Assembly (NCBI GenBank): GCA_964016885.1
Contig: OZ024741.1
Location: 56,482,001-56,546,000, forward strand
Source of the DNA: Eledone cirrhosa
Lineage: Eukaryota
Reading direction: 5' to 3'
Length of the DNA: 64,000 nt
Position 1 is the stretch's first letter, and each line of letters begins with the position of its first letter. Shown here in pieces: positions 53,984 through 64,000 of the stretch. Below the pieces are notes generated by a model, which was not told the origin of the DNA, made no database searches, and was given only the letters and a program-made list of their open reading frames with translations. A program made the translations under genes and the position numbers.

Positions 53984-54039
<56 letters not shown>

Positions 54040-54062
54040 TGCACACACACACACACACAGAC

Positions 54063-54159
<97 letters not shown>

Positions 54160-54339
54160 TTCTGAGATAGACAGAACAGCTCAGCAACAGTATATTTCGA
54201 AAACACTTCACAGGCAAAGATTAATTCTAAAGTCAAAGGCAATAAATGGAACCCCTTTGTTTCAATTGAACTTCGACCAAATTTCTTTAGAAATCTGTTA
54301 CTTACTATATCTACTACCACTATTACTACTACCACCACC

Positions 54340-54423
<84 letters not shown>

Positions 54424-54432
54424 ACTACCACC

Positions 54433-54465
<33 letters not shown>

Positions 54466-54511
54466 TACCACCACCACCACCACCACCACCACCACCACCA
54501 CCACCACCACC

Positions 54512-54579
<68 letters not shown>

Positions 54580-55314
54580 CACTACTACTACTACTACTAC
54601 TACTAATTACCACCACCACCACCACTACTACTGCTGCTGCCGGGTTTCTTTATAGATCCGTGACCTACAAGACAGATATACAAAGTATAGACAAATGCAT
54701 CTAAACGTCAGATTCAAAAACATGGTGATGTTTACACAGTACCCCCACCCCGCGCCTCTAGTAAGACCACTATCAAAACTGCAAAAGATGCTTCCATACA
54801 TCGTAGATCGTACATTGTACAGCCCTTAAATTCTGCCCTCCAAACTGAAGTCGATCCTAAAAAGCTATTCTCAAAAGGTTCTTCACCAACTTTGCAGAAT
54901 CCTCTTTTTCTCCGCTTCTCAAGCATAATGGTTCTGTAGCATTACTCCTGTTTGAGAGAGCCTCCAGTTTTGCTGTCCGCGTGTATACAACTCGATAATA
55001 CACGCGTTTGATGGATATCTTTCAGATCTATCCTCTCTCACGCCATCAGGCCCACCATCTTGCATTCATCCATTCATCCATAAATGAGCGTTGAATAACT
55101 GGTGGAGTCGTAAGCGCACCACCATAACACATGTGGTTTGTTTTGATCATTTGTACCCAGCGGAGCTCATTCTTCTCCATGTCTGAACACACAATTTCTT
55201 TAAGAGAAAATGCGAAAGATATATTAAGGAAGAATCGACTCTAGTACAGAACTGGTACAATATTTATCTACCTCGAAAGGATGAAAAACAAAGTTTTAAA
55301 GACTGTCAGTTAGG

Positions 55315-55475
55315 CGGTGAATTGGCAGAGTCAATAAAACGTCGGATAGAATGCTTCACAATATTCGTTCCAGCTTTCTGCACTTTCCGAGTTCAATTCC
55401 CACCTAGGTCAACTTTGCCTTTCTTCCTTTCGAAGTCAATAAATATAGCACCAGTTCAGTACTGGGTCGATTATC
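55315..55475 (+). mobile_element. SINE family 2-related, diverged
   Basis: tggcagagtc...gagttcaattccc...ggtcaactttgcctttcttcctttcgaagtcaataaa. Confidence 0.6.
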
Positions 55476-55881
55476 CCTCTAGATCGCTTTCTCACTTCTT
55501 CTCTCTCACTCATTCTCTCCTTCTCAGGAAGAAATCGATAATGTTCAGACTTGGAGATGGGATGGACTCCGCCATGATTAAAGTTCTCGTATGTCTCGAC
55601 GGTAATCCTTGACTCCTTCAAGAGTTACAGGTCCATACATGCAAAGAGGTTGTCCATTCACCGCCTTATCGCCTTGCTTCCCACCTATTGCTTCAAATCA
55701 ACTAATCGTCCCTTCCATTACCCTAAAATAATGTACCCGATAGCTAATGCCCAATAGCCAACAAACGTTTCAATCATTTCTTCCCTATAGGGACATACTC
55801 CGATGTTTGGAAACTTGTTGCAGCGTATCCCATTCATAAGGGTAATTGAGGCGACCATTTTCAATGCCATTCCCCAACATT

Positions 55882-56002
<121 letters not shown>

Positions 56003-56559
56003 CAAACGAATACTAATATATCTTCCATAAAACCAAACATACAGGAGACCGATTCTCGTATGTCAATAGTGGAGAAATTTGATGACGCCTCCAATGAAAA
56101 CTGCCCACATCTAGGTTTCCATCATCCTCCATCTCTTGGATCGGTAGCTTCTTATCTGATCGCACTATTACATCGTGTCCTTACAGTACTATTTCTCTAT
56201 GTCTTTTCTACCCCCCCCCCCACTCTCTGCCCGCACTTTATCACTTCTAGTGTATGCCGCCAGGGCTTGGTTTTGTTTCTTTCTAAACACAAATGACCTA
56301 CTTGTTGACGTGTCCAACAACATCCACTCTATGTAGAATATACCACCCTTCTTTTTGGCATCGTCTTCCCCAAACCAATCACGAGCCGTCTACAACTTCG
56401 ACACATACCAATACACTTACCTTGACACGAGAAAGCATTCTACAAGGGGTTCACGTTAATCTTTTCTTGTTCACCCCCCCCCCCACACACATCCACACAC
56501 ACACAAGCACTTCTTATATCCTCACTCTTCAACTCCTTAAGTATGAGCAGCATACAACT

Positions 56560-57135
56560 AGATTTCTTGCGATCACTCCAAATGCTAGACTTCGCAATCA
56601 CCGAAGGTAATTCATGTCGAGTGTATTTTCTTAACAGACCTAGGACCGCATTTCAGGGCCAGAAAATATTCCATCCTTCGGGAATTATTGACCCGCTACA
56701 AAACTCGGTGAGACTTACTATGGAGTACTGCTCCCACATCTTGGACATCTTGTATGCTGTTCCATACACAGACATTCAGAACCGTATTTAGAGAAAAGTC
56801 ATTCGACCAATTAGCATAAAGTCATTCAAAAACACGGTTTAGCCTTTACACCCAAAACGTGCTGTATCCTTTCACTCTTCTCCCTCTACCACTACTACGA
56901 TGGCTCTTTCTGCTGGAAGTTAGTTGTTCTCATGTCACTTTCACTCAGGCACTTCCGAATCACTCGTCTGTCCTTACTTCATCTTCCGTGTTGTGCCCAC
57001 TACCTAAGTCCGCACTAACCACTAGTCTTCTTGACCAGAAGGTCTTCCATCCCTAAAATTGTTTCTGTTCATATCTTTCATACGGACGTCGACATGCAAC
57101 ACTTTATTAGGAACATCAATAGAATCAATCTCATT
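56560..57135 (+). pseudogene. Decayed CR1/Jockey-group RT C-terminal region
   Basis: LQNSVRLTMEYCSHI...DIQNRI resembles the (I/V)RP.MEYCSHIW...LD.IQ.R motif. Confidence 0.5.
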
Positions 57136-57225
57136 GATCGAGGAGAGCCTACAATAGCTACGGGCATTTTCTTCCAAACCCAGCAAATAATGTCTATATA
57201 TTGCAGTATATATTACTATAGGCCA

Positions 57226-57622
57226 GGGACCGGGAACCTTTTAACCAGATATAGCGACTCTTTTAAGCCTGTGGGGGGCAATTTTAACGAGAAAATAAGA
57301 GTAATTGACCCTAGCGAAGTCGCATAATTTAATATAAACAAAAATACACCCAAGGAAACATGAATTTAACTTTTTTGTTACACAAAGCGATTTTTAGCTT
57401 TGAATCTTATCTGAAATTGCTTCAATGTTCAGGTGATAAGTCAAGGCTTTTATTTATAATCTGGTTGGTATAGTCTCTTCACATCCTCATTACTGAGGGT
57501 CGGTGACTACTCTATTTGTTTGTTCGTGATTCTCATCAGGAAAAAATAACGTCGCTGGATCCTAAATCCTTGTCCGACCATTACTCGGAAGCTGGCTACC
57601 GAGCCACAGTTCACCTACCTTC
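57226..57622. mobile_element. Possible decayed hAT-type MITE
   Basis: Start cagggaccgggaacctttt and end gagccacagttcacctacct resemble CAGGGGTCGG.AACC-type termini. The TIR match is poor and no TSD was seen. Confidence 0.3.
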
Positions 57623-57988
57623 ATCACAAGGATAAACCCGTTGGCCTCTTGAAAGGTTGTCACCTATGTCACTAAGGAGTCCCATCTAGCCGGGTTTTGA
57701 AATCAGAGTGATCTTCTTCCTATACACTCTACCAACCAAGGCTAACACGCTCTGCCTACGTGTATTAGATGGCCGTTAGCTCTTCTCAGTTCCTCCAGCC
57801 TTTGAGGATTTTGTTTTTGCACTATATATTATCACAGTGGTTCCATCTAGTCTCTCTTTATATATATATATTAAAACAGTCTTATCTGTCTATATTACAG
57901 CATATATAAGAACATTTAGTATATATATATATATAATTACAAGAAACGTAGCGGGCTGTGTGGTTACTGTAACCAAAGTGTAAGATAG

Positions 57989-58078
<90 letters not shown>

Positions 58079-58839
58079 ATATATATATATATATATTTAA
58101 ATTCCAGATAATAGAAGAAACTGTATATATGTGACGATGTGCCAGAATATGTTTGAATCAAGTAAAGAATTAAAGAAGCCAAAATAGTTACAACCGACTA
58201 AAGAACGAAAGAGAAGCGACATAGTTGGAAGCCAGGAAATAACTAAAGGAAGCCATTTAACTTACGTAGTTTCCACAGTTTGAGAAGTTATAAGTGTTAC
58301 GCCATTTATTATCAACCCTTCTCTTTTCCCCTGGCTATGTAACGGGCTTTATGCCAAATCAAAAGAAACAATTATTTAAGACAGTAAACATCGGTTCACT
58401 ATTTTGCATTAGTCAGAAATGGTCATAATGGATGCTGCTGCAATTGTATTTAAGAATGTCAATAGAAATCATATCAGTTTATCTATAAACAGCAGTACAA
58501 TGTCTTGAAGAAAGAACAAAGAATGTAACACTTCACATATAAATTTCATTACAGCGGCAATACATATCCGAGCATAACGTTGTTTAATTCCAGGAAATAT
58601 TGCTAGAACGTGACTAGACATAAAGCATGTATTATCATAATTCTTATATATATATATATTTATTCCTTTAATAGCTTCAGTCATTAGATTGTGGTCATGC
58701 TGGGGCCCTGCTCTGAAGGGATTTCGTGATCATATCGAAATTAGAATGTTTTTTTTTCAAATCAACTTTTATTAAAATTCATTGATATCTTCACATAGAA
58801 CCACTAAGTTAAAGGGCATAAACACACACACACACAGAG

Positions 58840-59345
58840 TTGGATGTCGTTCTCGTCGAACTTATGACTAGTTGAGTTGTTCCATATGTTGTTGATTGCC
58901 AGATGTTCCTTTTTGCTTCAAGTTCTTTGTTTTCCTTATCTTCCCATCCTTCTAAAACCTTATCCAGCTGTTCCTGCAATTCCTGTTGCACTTTAAGTTC
59001 TCTGAGTTTTATGATATTTAGCTTATGTTTTGGTCGACCTTTTGTCTTCATGCTTCGCTTCCTGATGGCAAAAGCGTCCTTTGATCATGTGATGGCCGGT
59101 AGAGCATTCTACACCACACATGTCTCTTGTATCCAAGACACCATTCTGATCTCTTCTCCGGGTAATTGTGTAGTCTAACAAGTGCCAATACTTCGAGTGA
59201 GGTGCATCCAAGTGGTCTTTTGATGGTATTTATGTTTGAAGACAGTGTTTATGATTACCAGGTTGAGCTCAGAACAGAGTTCAATACCATCCTCCGGGGA
59301 AAGGCCTTCTCCATTCTGTCCGGCGGGGCTGTGGGGACGCCAGCA
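58840..59345 (-). mobile_element. RTE (BovB-like) APE endonuclease fragment
   Basis: ELNLVIINTVFKHKYHQKTTWMH, SKYWHLLDY.ITRRRD...VLDTRDMCGVECSTGHH, KHKLNIIKL. Confidence 0.8.
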
Positions 59346-60661
59346 CGTGGGACCCCATTTGATCACCATACAGAGAGATGGGGAAGGCGAGAAAGATGGA
59401 GGCGATGACAGTGGGAGTTCGGCTCTTCCACGTTCGGACCATATCCTTGTGGTTGTGTTCATTCTATTCGTGGCAACATTAACTAGATAATACAATAGAG
59501 TAGAAAAGTTGCACTTTTATACTCTATGCAGTTTTTTGTAAACTTTATTACATATTACAAACCATTTCCATATCGATCAGCTCGGGTTTGATCATGCGAT
59601 CGGATCCCGACTCTTAATCGACACCTTTTCAGATATGAGTTTACATGGGTGGTCCCATCCAAACTGTTGACATGTGTCCAGTGTTCGTTTTATATACACG
59701 TTTTATATACATGGTGGATGGGAGACTGGAGTGGGTAGATGGCGAGTAGTGGTTTTCAATGTGACAGAGGTGGTGAATTGTAAAGAATTGTAATTGAGAT
59801 GGGCACAGCATTTTCTTTAGATGAAATTATAAATATCAAAATTGGGAAGAATGAAAAGGAACCAGCTGTTAAGTGGTCAGCAGGTCGGCCAGTATAATGC
59901 CGACAAGAATGACAGATGGGGCCATATTGGTATGAAGGATAATGGTAAGCATAGAAGAAGAAGAAGAAGAAGAAGAAGAAGAAGAAGAAGAAGAAGAAGA
60001 AGAAGAAGAAGAAGAAGAAGAAGAAGAAGAAGAAGAAGAAAGGTGAGGAGGAGGAGGTCGTTGTGTTGTTTATGGTGAATATGATTGTGATGATGATGAT
60101 GGTGGTGGTTATGATGATAGTGGTGGAAAATTAGAAGATGAAGAGAAAGGTGGCGAAGGTAGAGATGGTTAGGTTGAAGATGAATGGCGGGTATGAATTA
60201 GTGTTTAAGTTTTGGTGTTTTAGGAATGGAGCTGTTTTGAAGTTAGGAGAAATGAGATGAAAGGGAACAAGGAATAAAATAAATAAAATAAAATGAAATG
60301 AAAAGAAATGAAATGAAATAAAGTAAAATCGAGTGAGATACATAGAAACTGGTTGTTTGGGACTGCCGTGGATAAGGTGAATATACGAAGTGAAATAGAT
60401 TGAAACAATATTACTTGCTCGGGGTGGTCCTTTGTTGGTAGATAGCATTTATTGGGTTGGTATTCCTGAATGATAGGGCCGAGAATGTTTCTGGCATTTG
60501 ACTAATTACTTTTTATTCATATCAATAGACTAATGAAAAACAAATTAAGTTTACAGAAAAATTTGCACAAAGCAAAATCTAAAAGGAAGCAGCCATGTAC
60601 AGGATTGATGAAATTTGTAGGAGTAATATAGCATTTAGTAAAGCCTTTTCAATATGTATGT

Positions 60662-60790
<129 letters not shown>

Positions 60791-61069
60791 CATATATACA
60801 TATATATATATATACATATATATATAGAAAGATTTGAATGGATACAGTTTAGTTGAAAGGAATTTATTGACACGTGTTTCTGTAACAGTTACATAACCTG
60901 AAAACAGCTGCTATCTACAAAAGTTTTAGTTATGCAGACATTCAATATTTCGTGAGCTGTCAATCTACTGTGTGTAATATTTATATTACAATACAACGGA
61001 AAATACTGTATATATATATATATATATATATAATATAAGATCAAAAGATGGTTAAAGGAGTTCAATATA

Positions 61070-61136
61070 TTTTATTATGCGCATTTCAAAAACAAACATC
61101 ATCAAACAATAATATTTGTGTTTTCATCAGATAAAA
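61070..61136 (-). ncRNA. Type I hammerhead ribozyme motif (mirror copy)
   Basis: Reverse complement of 61250-61316. Confidence 0.75.
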
Positions 61137-61249
61137 CAGGAGAACATGATATGAAGGCTAAAAAAACACTTGTTGATAGTGCAGTTTTAAATCAACATAT
61201 ACTGCACTATCAACAAGTGTTTTTTTAGCCTTCATACCATGTTCTCCTG

Positions 61250-61316
61250 TTTTATCTGATGAAAACACAAATATTATTGTTTGATGATGTTTGTTTTTGA
61301 AATGCGCATAATAAAA
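61250..61316 (+). ncRNA. Type I hammerhead ribozyme motif
   Basis: ttttat CTGATGA aaaca caaatattatt gttt gatgatgtttg ttttt GAAA tgcgca TA ataaaa. Confidence 0.8.
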
Positions 61317-61442
61317 TATATTGAACTCCTTTAACCATCTTTTGATCTTATATTATGCATACTCCAGTCCCACAAACTGTAGAGTGCTTCTTATCCGATA
61401 TCTGCATTGCTTTATTGTACTACAATAAAACTCACCTCCTAC

Positions 61443-61513
<71 letters not shown>

Positions 61514-61516
<3 letters not shown>

Positions 61517-61816
61517 CTTAAAATGGAGTGATAATAAAAAGAAAGCAAGAACAGGGGGAGGGGGGAGTTTTCCTCTCAGTTGTCTACTGGGGTCTCGGAT
61601 ATTTCCACGCTTTAAAGACATGATATCTACCTCCCCCCCCCAGAGCGTTCAATAACTGGGTAAGTTATTGGGAAAACGGAGGAGAGAGGGAAGGTAGATA
61701 TCTTGTCTTTAAAGCGTGGAAATATCCGAGACCCCAGTAGACAACTCTTGCTTTCTTCTTATTCTCACTCCATTTTAAGCTACCTTAACTAGCAACTACA
61801 CAGCCAATCCTATTCT

Positions 61817-61820
<4 letters not shown>
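61514..61820. repeat. Fold-back element between (TA)n tracts (no hammerhead seen)
   Basis: tagcttaaaatggagtga...agttgtctactggggtctcggatatttccacgctttaaagaca is mirrored at ~61692-61782. Confidence 0.85.
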
Positions 61821-61890
<70 letters not shown>

Positions 61891-61894
<4 letters not shown>

Positions 61895-62250
61895 CGAGTT
61901 GAGAATGGTGATTAGAGAATATCGACACTTTGCTAGTGATTTCATTTTATTTCTAATAACTGAAGCTATCGTTTTCTTCCTTCGTTCCCCCTAACTCTCT
62001 CTCTACCCTCTCTCTTCCCCTCTCTATCTCTAACTCTCTCTCTCTCTCTCTCTCTCAAACACACACACACACACATATATATGTGTGTGTGTATTTGTGT
62101 GTGTGTGTGTGTGTGTGTGCGTGTGTGCATGTGTGAAGTTAGAGATATAGTTAAGGGGAACAGGAAGAACCTTCAGTTAGGTATTAAAAATAAAATGAAA
62201 TTACCAACAAAGGTGTGGATATACGTTGATCAGAATTCTCAACTCGTCAT
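61891..62250. repeat. Diverged fold-back with 16-bp perfect ends
   Basis: atgacgagttgagaat / attctcaactcgtcat plus imperfect inner arms. Confidence 0.7.
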
Positions 62251-62611
62251 AGTCCTCCGACATTCATCAGCATAAACATAAAAGACAAAATATAAAGTCA
62301 GTGAAAACCTGTTGCTATGTTTATCGACAATAACCTCTATCGTCTATATAAATATGCAAATTAGACTACTGAATGTCTCATGAAACTTCCTGATATGAAT
62401 TCAAATATTCGATTTAGTGTATGTATGCGTGTATGTATGGACCTGTAACTCGTGATGGAGTCATATGGACGCCGTAGTGACATACAGTATTGCTTGGGCA
62501 TTTTAAACTTGACGGAGCCCATCTTTCTCCAAGTCTGAACAGAGCTGATTTCTTACAGAGAAGGAAAGAGAGAGAGAGAGCGAGAGAGAGAGAGAGAGAG
62601 ATAGAGAGAGA

Positions 62612-62668
<57 letters not shown>

Positions 62669-62700
62669 GGCTCAGGAGAAAAAATGGCCATCTAATACAA

Positions 62701-62868
62701 GTAGGCAAAGCGCGTTAGCCTTGGTTGGTAGTGTGTGCATACTATCACCACTCCTGTTCATGGAAGGAGTGTTTGAAGACTCTGCCACCTCGACCCTCTC
62801 ATGAATAAGTGGACGAAGAAGAAGAAGAAGAAGAAGAAGAAGAAGAAGAAGAAGAAGAAGAAGAAGAA
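62701..62868 (+). mobile_element. Short RTE-related element with (GAA)n tail
   Basis: The start gtaggcaaagcgcgttagccttggttggtag matches 57729-57759 (minus). Ends gaccc...ataagtggac + (gaa)n. Confidence 0.45.
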
Positions 62869-62924
62869 GGATTATATAATTTGAGATAGTTGATAGTTGG
62901 TCCTTTGATTTGACGTTTCTAATT

Positions 62925-63044
<120 letters not shown>

Positions 63045-64000
63045 AGTGTGTGTGTGTGGGTGTATGTGTGTCTGTGTGAGTGTGTGTGTGTGTATAACTC
63101 TTCCTCTCTTTTAGGTTATTGAAAATCAGTTTAAATAAATCTTCTCATAATTAAATTCCCAATACTGACTATAAAGAAAATTAAAAACATGTTCGGCCAA
63201 GATTGAAGAATTTCGATAGAATTTCGGTAATTTTCCAGCTGTTACGGTCTAGACATTTACAGACAGTAACGCGATATATAATTTGGATATACATCAATAT
63301 TGATTTTTGTTCCACCACCGACACAATGTAAGTTATGGACGAACGAGATCAATTCATTATTTAAATCATCGAAATGACTCCATTTTGTTTTCGCCTGTTC
63401 TCAATAAATATGAAAACAGGACACTTATGGTTACAAACTTGGGCGCTGCTGCCGAGAAGGCACAGACGCGGAAGATGGCCAAATTCTAGACAATGACTCA
63501 ATTACTGACCGCTTTCTTTTTGTGCAGGTTGCCATTGAGGTATCCTGTGTTATTGGCGGTTATTTTCTTGCATCAAATCAGGACAGAATTATTACTCTCA
63601 ACTGACGGCGTAGAGTGGCTCTATTGAGTGGAACAGCTGATGTAGTGAGTGTGGCTAGCAACATTTTTACCGTCTTATTCGCGTAGCTCAGCTGGGATAT
63701 GGCGTACAGACAAGGATGTAAGAGTTCCACATTCTCATCAACACTTTTTTCATTTCTTTTCTTTTTATTCTTTTTGTCATTCATAAATTGTCTTTTTTGC
63801 CATCTTATTGCAATGGTCTGTGTGGTTGCCTAATATACAAGAGATAAGCTGTTCTGTCATGTTTTTCCATCATATTATTTACTCCATCTAGCATTCAAAG
63901 GATTTATTAATAGCATGTGTGAGTGGTTGAAAGGTCATGTCCCTCAAAGCAAGAATAATATCACTCTTCTTTCTCCACATACAGTCTATCTCTCTCGATC

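Larger units (their letters stand above)
61030..61445. mobile_element. Fold-back element (~155-bp near-perfect arms, 15-nt loop, unique tail) with a hammerhead in each arm, between (TA)n
   Basis: 61030-61185 is the reverse complement of 61201-61356. Confidence 0.88.

Noticed and set aside
57500-57545. Minus-strand CTGATGA (also at ~62264)
   Set aside because: No properly placed GAAA or pairing stems.
63578-63784. 68-aa minus-strand ORF
   Set aside because: Short with no recognisable domain; it may be a decayed retroelement end.

Overview
AT-rich eukaryotic DNA dominated by microsatellites and retroelements. The SINE types, microsatellite density and LINE mix suggest a cephalopod (octopus-like) genome; this is inference. 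No host protein-coding gene can be supported, and most listed ORFs are microsatellite translations. Recognisable content: (i) a nested cluster at ~7-23 kb of R4/Dong-type RT + CCHC + REL retrotransposons (three families), Tx1/L1-clade copies, RTE fragments and SINEs, concentrated in (TAA)n tracts; (ii) two tRNA-derived SINE families; (iii) fragments of Penelope-like (GIY-YIG) elements; (iv) a dense set of non-coding, mostly (TA)n-flanked and often fold-back elements carrying type I hammerhead ribozyme motifs (about 14 with recognisable cores plus several degenerate ones, all found by eye). Group (iv) includes a 308-bp hammerhead tandem array folded into a 1.5-kb palindrome (46.9-48.4 kb) and a sister unit with a U3-A8 core variant. 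These look like Penelope-mobilised, retrozyme-like non-autonomous elements and are the most interesting signal here. All structures and coordinates were read manually and need computational confirmation.
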